Notes: generated by a model from the letters alone, not told the origin. A DNA stretch of 63,302 nt, filler included, from Klebsormidium nitens (GCA_000708835.1; 7 parts of 7 records of this genome joined end to end with filler, not necessarily neighbours in it), one strand, 5' to 3'. Counted from the whole stretch's first letter, positions 1 through 11,666 are shown. Translations and numbers: made by a program.

Positions 1-1165
1 GCAGATCTCGCCGACGATGTTTGGCGGGCCAGGTATGTGGTCGATGACGAGGCGTATGGCAAACTCCTCCAGAAAGATGAGATCGGCACGCTGGATGAGG
101 TGGAGGTGCGGCAGAAACATGTCTTTGAGTGCATCCGCAATGTGCACAAGGTTGATCCGCGTCGAGTCGACCACAACTACGAGGTGGTGCACTGCGGCAA
201 GGAGCTCGTTCCGTACGAGAACTACATCAGGTGAGGGATGAATTAAAGCAAGCTGTGACCTGGTCGAATCGATTGGCCCCGGTCTGTTCTCCGATTTGTC
301 AGATCGAGTGCGAGATCATTCTCTGCTCGTTCCAAGCAAACAACGCTTCTAAGCATTGCCTCTTTGCATTTTGGGCTTTCAATCGTCCTTGCCATCTTTC
401 TCTGCGATTGCAAAGAGATGTCTGTTGCATTCTTCAGCTGTTGTAAGACGTGACGCCATATGACTGCTAGTTGCAAGAAGTCAGCTTGTCATTTGCCAAA
501 GACAAGGTGGACCAAGGCTCTAGTTCATACTGACGGTATCATGTGCGTGCGCACAGGGAGGAGCGGTTGGTCTGGATGCGACCCAGCAGCTTTTGGAATT
601 TAACACCCTCTGTGACTCTTTTATGGCTTTCCTTGACAGGTTTCAAACGACCCCTTTCTCTGACATCATGGACGAGCTCACGAGAGCCTTGAAGGAAGGT
701 GACATGGAGGGCGTCACAAAGGAGTATGCCGCTGCCAGGGGCGACATGTCGCGTCGGGTACCCTTTGCCGCGATGCTTCTGGCAGCTCTGTTGGGGTGCC
801 AGCCGGGGGAGGTGGAAAGGCGTAAAGAGGATGGGTTTGCGGTGGAGGAGGATACATTGCAAGCGATCCACGACACGGTGCTCGGGCCAACGCCTGAGCG
901 GCTCAGCTTCGTTCGCGACTTTTACGGGATAGACCAGACGGCTCGGGACTTGTCAGCAACAATGAAGCGCAATGCCATCAAGAAGATTCTCCACTTAGGC
1001 CTCGGGCTCAACCATATCGCACCAAAGAAGTCCAACGGGAAATTTGTTGCTGGCCGGCCCCACCTTTTCAAGCCGCTATTGTGGCAGGAAGTGCGAGAGA
1101 AGTACGGTCAGCTCGATGAGTACGAGGCGGCACTACCGATAGAGAGATGCATGATACGCACGTAG
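1..1165 (+). CDS. 3' part of a multi-exon hypothetical protein (exon 1-230, intron 231-556, exon ~557-1165); weak resemblance to the C-terminal region of large-DNA-virus origin-binding (UL9-like) helicases
   Basis: Frame 1 is open from base 1 (ADLADDVWRARYVVDDEAYGKLLQKDEIG...YENYI) to an AG|GTGAG donor at 231; CACAG acceptor at 552-556; 190-aa ORF 593-1165 ends in TAG. The splice phase does not join the two frames cleanly, so a frameshift or an alternative site is needed. The family resemblance is impressionistic only. Confidence 0.5.
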
Positions 1166-1530
1166 AAGTAGCTTCTGGTGCTGGTCGGTACGAGGAGGAC
1201 CCTAGTGCACGAGCTCTTGATAAACATAATCTATTGGTTGTTGAGGCAAAGGGTTGGCGCCTTTTTTCCCGAATCGTTTCAAGGAGTTGTCGATTGTAAT
1301 GATACGTGTTTTACTTACAAAGTGAGAAGTTGCACCGTTGCTTGTGTTATGAAGGGGATTTTGACTCCTACCGTTGCGCCATCAAATATCACTGAGGACA
1401 TTGTTCATTGTAAGATGGTCGTACTTGCATATAAGGCAAGTTTTGACTGCTAGATGCCATCATGAGCGCCGGACCATATATCTCAATGAAGATTCCGAAG
1501 TCAGGTTGGAATGGCTATCATAATTACATG

Positions 1531-1591
1531 CTAGTCAAAAGTTGCACCATTACTACTTGATTGCTTATACCGAGAGGCAACTTTTGACTAG
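1531..1591 (-). repeat. solo inverted copy of the array-1 palindrome with perfect 15-bp arms
   Basis: CTAGTCAAAAGTTGC (1531-1545) ... GCAACTTTTGACTAG (1577-1591); TGCTTA (reverse complement TAAGCA) at 1562-1567. Half copies (TTTTGACT) at ~1360 and 1441. Confidence 0.9.
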
Positions 1592-1629
1592 TTGTCACAG
1601 TCGCTTACAATCCTTTTTAAAGATCACAG

Positions 1630-2169
1630 ATGACAACCGTGATGACACCAACAGCCACGCCTTCTAGCTCGCGTGTCGCGCATGTACTTAGGGTGACAGT
1701 ATGGGAGCTGGATATATCAACGATGGAGCAGCTTCCGAATGGGTGCATGCTTTTTCGAGCCGTAGGGGTCAGCCTCGAAGGCCGTCAGGAACGCATTCGC
1801 AAGCTTCGATCCGGTCAGGAGCTCGTGCTGTGCAAGCATTCGGGGAACGGGTATGACGTGTACGCTATTGGGACCTTTGACTCGGCAGATCGCGGAAATC
1901 CTTTGGGGTTTGTTGCACGCGACATCAAGGATCATGAGGTGTTTGACACGGTCCGCCAAAGGTCGGAGATGCCGGCACGGGTGCACCGTGTCAATCGAGG
2001 CAGAGCAAGATGCCTCTGGCGCGATCGGACTCACCTCAGGTGCCGGCTCAGTCGGAGCGGAGCGAGGTGGGGTGGCAGGATGCGGGTCGCTGGAGGACGG
2101 GCTTGGACGGTCCTGCAAGACATCATGAAGGCGATGGGCTTTACGAAGAGCCATCATCTGAGAGGCTAG
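1630..2169 (+). CDS. stand-alone HIRAN-domain protein, possibly frameshifted near 2000
   Basis: FRAVGVSLEGRQERIRKLRSGQELVLCKHSGNGYDVYAIGTFD...LGFVARD fits the HIRAN pattern (vaGvsy..Rq..i..L..G..l.L.reP.N.yD.nAi.v....lGyvpr). The C-terminus reads more plausibly in another frame (EQDASGAIGLT). Confidence 0.7.
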   Translation: MTTVMTPTATPSSSRVAHVLRVTVWELDISTMEQLPNGCMLFRAVGVSLEGRQERIRKLRSGQELVLCKHSGNGYDVYAIGTFDSADRGNPLGFVARDIKDHEVFDTVRQRSEMPARVHRVNRGRARCLWRDRTHLRCRLSRSGARWGGRMRVAGGRAWTVLQDIMKAMGFTKSHHLRG

Positions 2170-2411
2170 AGAGAAGCGCTGCGTTCGTTCGCGCCACTCG
2201 GTGAGATCCAATCGCAATCTGAAGATTGAAGGAGCCGCCAAGATCAGCAAATCAATTTTCTAACAGCTCGGCCGGCTTGCATCAAGAACACCTTGCGGTT
2301 GCAGGCCCATCATCCAAAAGAGAGTCTGGCAGTAGTGCAGCTAGGCCATCTCGTTCTCACCAGCAGATCGTCCGCTGACTTCTCATCCGTCGTCGGGGCA
2401 GCCCCGTTTGC

Positions 2412-3157
2412 TCTCAAAACGCCCTCCACATCCACCTCATGCACGCAGGAGCAAACCTTTTCATTTGAGACCAGACCGACCCTCACAGCGGACGCTGCTA
2501 GAACCTTGGAAGTGATGACGCCGACCAGAAGTCAAAAGTTCCCTTCTATATAAGCACGTTCGTCAATTCAGGGCCCAGCTTTTGACTACGAAACGAGACC
2601 GACCAAGTCAGTCGCAAGCTAGGAGCTGATGGTGCATACCAGTAGTCAAAAGTTCCCTTCTATATAAGCACCTCCGTTGCATAAGGCCCAAGAATTTGAC
2701 TCCGGAACGAGACCGACCAACCTAATCACACGCTTGGAGTTGATCGCGGGACCAGCAGACAAAAGTCCCTTTCTGTATAAGCACGTTCACCAAAATAGGT
2801 TCCAGGTTTTGACTCCGACTCGAGACCGACCATCCTATCACACCCTTTGAGTTGATCGCGCGACCAGGAGTCAAAAAGTTCCCTTCTGTATAAGCACGTT
2901 CATCGGTTCAAGGCCCAGGTTTTGACTCCGAAAAGAGATCGACCATTCCAGTCGCAAGCTTGGAGTTGATCGCACCGACCAGGAGTCAAAAGTTCCCTTC
3001 TGTATAAGCATCTCCGTCGCATAAGGCTCCAGAATTTGACTTCAACAGACTGACCAGTCCACTCAACTCCTGAAACCCTACGGCAATATCACGCGGACCC
3101 GTTAGAATCTACCAGTTAGTATAAGCATATCAGCTTCCAATGGCGCAACTTTTGACT
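2412..3157 (+). repeat. tandem array 1: 5 well-conserved plus 2 degenerate units of ~112-117 bp, each with a 58-bp palindrome (AGTCAAAAG...CTTTTGACT) and internal TATAAGCA
   Basis: Palindromes at 2530-2587, 2644-2701, 2757-2814, 2869-2927 and 2984-3041; degenerate units at ~2412-2470 and ~3100-3157. The linkers (GAGACCGACCA...GGAGTTGATCGC) are also conserved. Confidence 0.95.
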
Positions 3158-3195
3158 CCTTGATTTGCAAGATAGCCATTTCACCCACTACCATG

Positions 3196-4900
3196 CTAGC
3201 AAAGGAGCCGAGACAAACCTAAAGAGTGTGCGACCAAGAAAATGGTGCTCACTTGACCGTCACTCATGAGTCGCCATGGACTCGGCACGATCACGAAGCC
3301 CCCATCGTCCTCAGGATCTGGCGGGTCGTCATCGCTTGGCACGAGCTCCTCGCGCCCCCTGTGCTGCACCTCCTCCTCTGAACCAGCAGCACCACACCGC
3401 CGTGCCAAAACACTGCCATTCCCACCCGAAGACTCTGATGATGAGAGCAGCACCCGACGGCGCCGCCTGATTTGTGGAGAGCGGGCTGCCCCATCAAGCA
3501 CCCGCCGCTTACGAAGACCCGGAAGCTCGTCCGACCCGGAATCCGTGTCCATTGCGGCTTCCTCAGAGCGCTGCGGCCGGATGCGGCCACCAGTAGCAGG
3601 CGGCAGCTGCTGATCAGCCCAACCCCCGACGCTCACCGTAGAGGAAGAGCCTTGTGAAGGGCTGCCTTCCTCGGCCGAAGCTTTCGACCAAGAGGACGGA
3701 GAACGGGCTCGGCAGCTTGTTTGGAGCGCCTTGGTCGCTCGTCCCGGCGCCTGCGGCTTGAAGCGCCGAGCCAGAAGCAGAGGGACATCCGAGTCGGAGC
3801 TCGATTCCCTGGCAGCACGAAACCTGCCTTGCGCAATCACCTCATTCTCTTCATCTTCGCTTGCGTCTTCATCGTCGATGAATGCGCGATCCCTGGATGT
3901 TTCCACGTCTTGAGGCTCGTCCACGCTCTCGAACTCCGCCCCCTCAATGTCCTCCCCTTCGTCTTCCGAATCCGACAGCTCCGACCCGGACTCATTGGCC
4001 GCACTCGTAGCCGACCGCTGGTTGCCGCCACTCATCTGGACAAACGATGAGAGGTTCCTGATCAGTTTCTAAGCAAACCTGATGCAAAGGTGACGACTAG
4101 CGCCGCTCGACTCGTGTTTCACAGACCGCAACCAGCCAGGCCGTGAGCTTTCACAAAGTGCTGGAATGTGACCCACTAAATACAGTCAAGTTGAGAAAGA
4201 AATCTGCTTGCTGCTTACAACATGCAGCTTGCCATCACTTTTGGTCCAATCTCAAGGGCTCGCGCTGGACAGCTATGCAAGGGACACTCAGCGACTTCAA
4301 TGATCTCTTTCCCAGGCTGAAAGCAGTGCCAGTCTGAAGACGTTTGGGGTCAGGATGCAAAGATCAGTAATACCTCGTCGCAACTGTCCGATGTGATGTA
4401 ACTTGATAACTCACCTGCTCACTCAAACGTGCTTGGCTCCTCCACGCTTCGAACTCTGAATGCATGCTCTGGGCTTGGCGCAGCGGCGGACTGCCGTAAA
4501 CCTCCTGCACAACACAGAAAGGCGATGATATTGAGCTCAGGTTCCCTCATTTGTGCCCTTTTTGTTCTGGGATGCTGCACGTCTCACCATCATGCAAACG
4601 ACATGCTTCTCATGATTGGGCATGATTGGACATGCTTCTTCAGCTCGCACGCAAGCGATCTCAGCAATCATGGAAGGATCCTCTTCGATGATGCTGCAAG
4701 GGGATTGTGTGCGCGCTCACCTCCAGCGACGGCAGTGGGATGAGTGGCCACCCTCTGTCGATGTCGCTTCCCAGCGTTGTCCTGTCTTGAGCCGCAGAAT
4801 CGCTTACCTCGTTGCCCCCCCAGCCGGGATTGGGCTCGATTCCCCCAATGATCAGGAGCGTTGCTGCTCGCAAAAAGACCACACCTCGGAATCTAGAGAC
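3196..4900 (-). CDS. multi-exon hypothetical protein with a 2A-like motif in an early exon and an acidic/Ser-Arg low-complexity terminal exon (4035-3196)
   Basis: 279-aa ORF 3196-4035 (acidic, FIDDED motif, basic NLS-like RKRR) preceded by a TCCAG acceptor. Upstream candidate exons: LLIIGGIEPNPGWGGNE|GTAAG (ends 4808) and EVYGSPPLRQAQSMHSEFEAWRSQARLSEQ|GTGAG (~4507-4418). The exon chain is not fully resolved. Confidence 0.5.
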
Positions 4901-5308
4901 AGATGCAGGACGCGGAGCGTAGCTTGCGATGGAAGGATGTTATGGATCGATGGCGAAGAAGGCAACTGATATGGGCAAAGCACAAGAGCTCGCAAAGCTG
5001 GACCTCTGGGGCGTCAGCAATGACCCTCTCACCTGTGAGGCGTCTGCTCTTGGGCGCTGAATTATAGTACAGCCCACTTCGCTGAAAAGTATGGTTGTAA
5101 GCTGCAATTTATGAGCGAATGATCAACAACTTTGCATCCTAGTATCCGGAATGATATTGAACACGCCTGCAATGAAAGAGACGTAAAGCAAGTGCTCACT
5201 CAACAGGATACTTGCTTCAGACTGGTGAAAGGCATATCCTGTGCAGGTTCATCTGCGATTGAGCGCTCACCTGACTGACTGCGAGTCTGGTCCATCTGCC
5301 CAACGACC

Positions 5309-6458
5309 TTAGCTTCTGCGCGTCCCAGCGCTGCAAAGGACACACGTGGTGGGTTGGGGTTCGAAACCCGGATCGGTTTCATCGCAGAACCCTGTTGCTG
5401 CCCAAAAGTGCAACGCTTGCCCACTTCTTTTGCCGACCCACTTATCGATGCAGCTCTCACCTGCACGGTCCTTGTCGATGCTAAAGTAGCGGTAGGAGTC
5501 TGCGTGCTCATCGCAAACGTACTTCACTTGCCCCCCTTCCTTGCTTCCACGCAACCCACAGTCTGCACTGGCGCCGCATTTGTGGCAGTACAGAGCGTAC
5601 GGAACTGGAAAAAAGACAACAAGGGAAGGTAATCTTTTCTTGTGCTCGCGCAGTGCTTTGCTGCCTGATCAAGAGCCGCTTCCACAATCAAGCAGCGGTT
5701 GATGGATTCAGAGTTCGTGTGTCGCCGTTTTCAAAGGAGCTGGGGCAACAGAAGACACCCTCCCTACATTTGACAGCCCCGCCCACAATCACATCAGCGC
5801 ACAACTCCTAGCAACCCATTGATGATGGTCCAGAACTCCCAGCAAAGACCCCAAGAATGGATGCACCCCAAGACCATGCAGAATCGCTCAGGAACTGCTT
5901 TAGTTTTGCATCGCCCTGCTTCAAACCCGACCTTTGGTGATAAGATGCGTCACCAAGAAAGGGATCGAGCCGCAACCCACCTATATCCTCTGGTCCACAG
6001 AACGAGCGCGCAAGGCCCTGAGCTGCCGTACTTTGTGCACGGTGAGTCGCAGGGCGGGGCGGTCGTTGCCTCGCTCTGCAGACTCCGCTGGACGCAGTCG
6101 CTGGCTGCTTGAGCCCCTCCAGGTGGGCCTCCCTGATCGAGGTCAGAACCTTCTCATCTTGCAGGCCAGTGTCTGCGGTGCCCGCCAGCGCCTGGAGGCC
6201 TGCCATCGCGGCATGCAGGCTCCCATCCCAGGCAGCCTTCGACCAGAGGAGGCCTGCAAACCCGAGCTCCTCTCGAGCTCGCTGGCACAGGGTTCCTGCC
6301 ACCTTCCGATAGATGCGGTGGCCTCTCTTTGAGTTGGTGAGAAAGCCCCTGGCCGCGCTCGCCACGAGCTCTCTGATGCCTGACGGTGGGAGAGCATCAT
6401 TGAGAGGTGCGCCGAACGAGTCCTGCAGGATCAGAGTGCCACGATGAGACACAGACAT
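5309..6458 (-). CDS. multi-exon hypothetical protein with a Cys/His zinc-binding region
   Basis: 216-aa ORF 5808-6458. After a pyrimidine-rich TTTTTTCCAG acceptor (~5607) the downstream exon reads PYALYCHKCGASADCGLRGSKEGGQVKYVCDEH...TTCVLC (CxxC..CxxH, CxxC). Confidence 0.5.
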
Positions 6459-6487
6459 TACATTGTGGCATGGTGACTGGGCCTAGG

Positions 6488-7010
6488 AAAGTGCCCGGCA
6501 TGGAGCTGACAATTTGCACCAGCTGACTTAAGCATTCGAGCCTCCAAGCCAGTGCAACTTGTCAAACTCTGCTCTATCAATTACAGAAAAACTCTGAAAA
6601 GTGCCCGGCATGGGCCTGACAATTTGCACCAGCTTCTTTAAGCATTCGAGCCTCCAAGCGAGTGCAAATCGTCAGACTTTTGCTTTGTCAACCCCAGAAG
6701 AAACCACAAAGTGCCCGGGCTGGGCCTGACAATTTGCACCAGCTTCTTTAAGCATTCGAGCCTCCAAGCAAATGCAGATTGTCAAACTCTGCTCTATCAA
6801 CTACAGAAGAACTCTCGAAAGCGCCCGGCATGGGCCTGACAATTTGCACCAGCTGCATTAAGCATTCCAGCTTCCTAGCCAATGCAAATTGTCAGTCTTT
6901 GCCTTGCTCTGTCAATCCCAAAAGATTCTGGGAAGCGCCCGGTATGGGCCTGACAATTCGCACCAGCTTCTTTAAGCATTCGAGCCTCCAAGCAAATGCA
7001 TTTTGTCAGC
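6488..7010 (+). repeat. tandem array 2: 5 units of 110-114 bp, each with a 58-bp palindrome (TGACAATTTGCA...TGCAAATTGTCA) and internal TTAAGCA
   Basis: Palindromes at 6507-6564, 6617-6674, 6727-6784, 6837-6894 and 6951-7008; each unit begins AAAG(T/C)GCCCGG(C/G/T). Confidence 0.95.
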
Positions 7011-8392
7011 ACCCCGCACACCCAACACATATCATTTTCAGACAGGCCCATGCTGTATCCCAAGACTTAACTGCGCAACCCCTCAAGCAGCAGAATCTGT
7101 GCCTGCAGGTTTGGTGAGCTCACCATAGAAGAAGGCGGCGATACTGCAGCAGGAGCGCGCTTCTTATCAGCAAACAGCGAGGCTGCCGACTCCTGGTGTT
7201 TTGGTGTTGTAATCTCTGCTGTCTGCTGCAAGAAATGACCAAACAACAGTCAGGGATCCCTCAAGAATCTTGCATTGACAAGCAATTGATCTCAGGTGTG
7301 GACTCACATAGGCCATCGACTGACATTGGTCACGCTTTGAACGCAATGTTTTAAGAGCCTGCAGGTGCGCAGGTCGGCCAGGTGCGCAGGTGGTCATCTG
7401 CAGAAGGATATACGCCTGGGCACAAAAGCTTACCTTGTAACCTGGCGTGCGGCGCGGCTGTCAATGCACTTCGCTGTTGCTGACCAACCAGCCTGCACCA
7501 AGATTATGTACCAAAATGCATGAAGTGTATCAATGGATTGGATTGCCATAACAATTGCAGGTTGCTAATTGCCAAGACAACTGCACGGCGGCGTTGACAA
7601 CACGTCTGGGGCATATGGTGTTGACAACACATCTGAGGCATCCTACCTGATCCCAGTGCAGGCTGCGTGTTAGGCTGCCTCCAAGAGCAAAAAGGCATGA
7701 AAACAACCATTCAAGCACATAGCACAGGCCTTGGAAAATGCCAGAAGAAATGAAAGGCGAGCTGCTCTCACCTGAGCATGGCCAGACGCCTGTGTGCACG
7801 ACGCGCTAACCACGGACTGCGACCTTCCAAGCTGGCTCCAGGGCTCCTTCCAGAGATGAACCCTTTGTTGTTTTGAGAAATGAAGGTGGGGCCCATTGCA
7901 CCCCATCAAAAGAAGCTGGGAAAGCTGCCAGAGGACGCCAAAGAGCGCCATCGGGTGCCGCTGCCAAGTGTGCCAAGTCACCAATTGCTGACCTAATGCT
8001 GACCTATCGAAGCATCTTCTTGCTTCTAGAAGGACGCGTGGCAGCAAACCCAGCGTTTTCAAGCTCTGCCGCGGGGCGCCAAAAGACGCCAGACCTTGCC
8101 AATGCCACCTGTCCTTAGTGATCTGGATGCTGAGTCACCTCTGGAATTCTCTCAAATCAAGAAGGAAGGATGATGCCACAGCATTCAATCAGCACCTCAA
8201 AGCTGATACACAACGTGATGCGCCGTCATGACTCACTCACATGAGCTCGAGGCTGGACAAGTTTACGGGCAACCCTGGCTGCTACCCTTGCTGTGGTAGC
8301 CTCTGCTTGGTAATCGCTCATGAAACTAAGACTTGAACTCGGACTCGAATCTGGGTGTGCAACACGTGGTAATGGTGAGCCGGGGCCGTTAA

Positions 8393-9139
8393 GGTGGTAG
8401 GACGGTAATTCAGGTTGGATTGACCCTGGTTTACGTTCTGGTTCATAGAATGTTCAAAAGTAAACCAAATCAGGTTTCGTCTTCTGCGATGGCTTCGAGA
8501 CACCCTCGGGGTCCTCTCGAAGCTCCTCTAACCACCTCGAAGTAGTTTGGTCAGTCTGAGAGACCCTGCCAACTCCAAACAACCTGGTTCAAAGGGGTAT
8601 TTCCATTGGATTTTCTGCCTGTCAACTGCCACGATAAATTTCCTTCGAACAAGAGGAAATCACCTTCGTTTTAAGCTGGGTGTCAAAAACATTTTTCCAA
8701 AAAAAATCTGACGGAAATGTGCACCGCCAGGGGAACATACCTGGTCAACAACCTGAGAAAAAACCATTTTGAGCATATAAGCTGGGAGTTTTGACCATTA
8801 ACGGTGCACATTTTCGTCAATATTGTGATTTAACCGTTCGATAGACATCCCAGCTTGCCCCGATTCAGTTTTAGGGGGGTCAATGAGAATTCTATCATTT
8901 CGTTTTTCTGACGGCCAAGGGTTCATGTAGGGGGGTAAATGTTCAAACTTCCTCAACTTCAGACTTTCCTCGACAAGTCGTCAGTGAGTTCGAGGTGGTC
9001 CCAGAGTGCTCGAGGGGGCCTCCTTGGTCCCCCCCGAAAGATGCAAAAGACGGGACTCGATTTGACCACGTTATGACCAAGTTACGCCCCTTCAAACCCT
9101 AGAAACCCTCTTTTCTGGCTGAATTACCGTCCTACCACC
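8393..9139. mobile_element. non-autonomous TIR DNA transposon (MITE) with TTAA target duplication, Kolobok-like
   Basis: Perfect 21-bp TIRs GGTGGTAGGACGGTAATTCAG (8393-8413) and CTGAATTACCGTCCTACCACC (9119-9139); TTAA at 8389-8392 and 9140-9143; no coding capacity. TTAA plus 5'-RR termini fits Kolobok better than piggyBac, which starts with CCY. Confidence 0.85.
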
Positions 9140-10366
9140 TTAAACTAGGTGCCAGGTCCTTCAAAGTTATGGCCCGGGCAGATAGCTCATGCGGAGGGCG
9201 ATCTCCCAGTCGGAGGTCCGTTCGATCACTGTTTAGGGACCGGCCACCTCTGCGTTCCCCCGGGGGAGCTGACAATGCGCCAGATGACTGGCCCCATTTT
9301 TCATGGCTGAACTTTTGGGTTGCTGGGAATCTGTTGTGAGGACTCGGGGCTTCCGAAGAATTCGCACCTGGGGCGATCCTGGCCGGCCAGAATCAAGGTC
9401 AGCCGGGGCTTAAGGCCCCCGGCGGCTGGCTGGCCGGCTCGGACCAACCCCTTCTACTGGAATTGTTTGTGATATCCCCGGGGGAGAGGGTTGCCCCGCG
9501 GCGCCCGTGAAAATCCTTCCAATGCACTGAGTCGTAACCTGGCAGTCTAAGGGAAGAGGGCTTTCGGCAGCGACCGCAGCTCCTGCGGCACAGCAGACAG
9601 GAAGACCGCTCTCTGCCTTCCCAGTCATACTGAAGGGCGCTCTTGTGCATCTATGATGACCCTCTGTTCGTCAATTGGGAGGTTGCCGGCAGTTTCGGCA
9701 GGGGCTTGCGTCAAGTACGTCGGGCTGGGCAAAAAGCAGGTGAGAGGATATTTCTTGGGTGTCATTGCCTGACTGACATTTTGTTCCGTTTCCTTTGCTG
9801 CAAAAGTGCGACGGGCGTTTCTGATCATTCTAAAATAGAAGACACTCTGCAGACTGCTGTGTTTGCTGTATACACAAAGGGTGTGGACTTTATCCAGAAC
9901 GGTAACTTCAGCATAATGACATCAGTGCATGCTTAATCTGGTGTCAGAAACTTCTACGGGCTTTCCATGAAATTCCTCTAACTTTCCCATCCCCTTCCTG
10001 CCTTGCAGATTGGCTTTGAGGGATGCACTGCGCCACTGTCTCGCTGCTCTGCTTTGAAACCCCACGACCATGCCTCCTCAGCTCCTCAGCACAAGCCCGA
10101 CAAGCCTGCCCCGTCCATCCGGCAACGACGACTGAAGGTGAGCGCTTTCTTGATATGCTGGGACTTTATCAGCATGTCAAAGCGTGGAACCATCAGGTTG
10201 TTGCTTTGGTAAGCAAACCTTGCTCTGACCAGGCCAGAGCTTGTAAATTGATTATGGCCTCTGCTTATGCATTATAATCCAGGATCTTTGCGCTGGCCTC
10301 TGGTTTTCACTGAATTGGTCCTGCGTCAAACCTTTGCAAACATGCACATGTGTGCAGCTTCCCGGG

Positions 10367-11666
10367 TCAGCAATCACTGGGGATCCCAGCAATCGATCCT
10401 CTGTCATGATCGAGTATCAGCACGATGGAGGGCCGCTGACCAGAGACGAGCTCCACGAGGTACATGCAACAATCTGTTTAAAGTTTATTTTGGGAGAAGG
10501 AGCAAACCCCATCGTGCAGTATCCTGAAGCAGACGAAATACCCAAGCTTCCAATGGCTGTCTCGATCTTGGATTTATCGAGCTCTGATCTTGGAGGAGCG
10601 AGGCTTCCTTCAGCACTGAAGTTATATAGCAGCTAGAATTGGAGCAGCGAAGGCGAAGACACAATCCTGTACTGCTGTCAGCGACAACAGGCCTTTCATT
10701 GAAGTTATCTGCACCCTGAGACCCCGAGCCTGAGCACTGGGTGACTCATGTAGTATTCGTAGCTGCTGAGGTGTACTGCGGTAATCTGCAGCAAGCTATC
10801 GACCCAGTTTCGAAATCCAGCTGAGAAGATTTTCTGCTTCTGTTACCCAACTGCTTTGGACATGAAAACAGAAGCGGACCTAAACCGAAGAGGCATTCGT
10901 GGTGCAAACGCTCAAGAGCAATGGTAAATGCGTCTCAACAGTATCATTTTTGAGACCCCACTCTTTACCCCACTTTTCAGATTATCTGAGAAGGCAAGAA
11001 TATCGTGCTCGGCCTTTCATCATGACGGCCCTGTCCGTTTTTGCACTCTTATCAGCTTTGTGCAATTCTGCAGGATTTTCAGCGCGTCTACCCGGAAACA
11101 ACACTTTGGTCCGACGAGGAGTGGGAATGGATTCTCGAGGATGTGCCGCAAGAGAAGCAAGCCGAGGCTCGGCAGGCAGTGGAGGCAATGAGGAGGAGAA
11201 GTACAGGGATGGCTCGGGAGAGCGGCGACGGGAACGGAAGCGAGAGCGTCTCCTCATAATCGCCGACGCAAATATGCTCCTCAGTTATGCAATCTGGTGC
11301 TCATGGAAGCAGATTATGGAGATGCATCCTCGTGAGGCGGAAATCGTAACTGTAACTCCTGCCCTTGCTGAGGCGGTGCGTAATGCTCATGCCTTAGCAA
11401 ACGCAGAAGCTGCAGCGGCCATTTACGATGAATTCTGGGGGAGAGACAAGGAGGGCCAGCCAATTCCAATCAAGACGCACCCATCGTGCAAGAATCTGGA
11501 GTGGCTTGCGGAATTGCTTCTTGGGGGGGCAGCTATCTCTGACCAAAGGGTAGTTGCTGCACTTTTTGGTCTCAAAGTTTCTAGGATGCGACCAAAATGG
11601 TTCGTTACCCAGGATAGGAGGCTCGCCCGAGCCCTGAAGAAGCACGAGAATCTCCTGAAGACTTGA
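10367..11666 (+). CDS. multi-exon gene ending in a PIN-like nuclease domain, probably frameshifted
   Basis: LLIIADANMLL...ISDQRVVAAL...WFVTQDRRLARAL gives the PIN acidic motifs (DxN; D; TxD). Upstream exons: LPGSAITGDPS...DELHE|GTAC (~10367-10459) and CTGCAG|DFQRVYPETTLWSDEEWEW (from 11074). The latter frame stops at 11259, and the PIN domain is in an overlapping frame. Confidence 0.6.

Noticed and set aside
2412-7010. Arrays as CRISPR
   Set aside because: Inter-palindrome sequences are homologous rather than unique spacers, no cas genes are present, and the context is eukaryotic.
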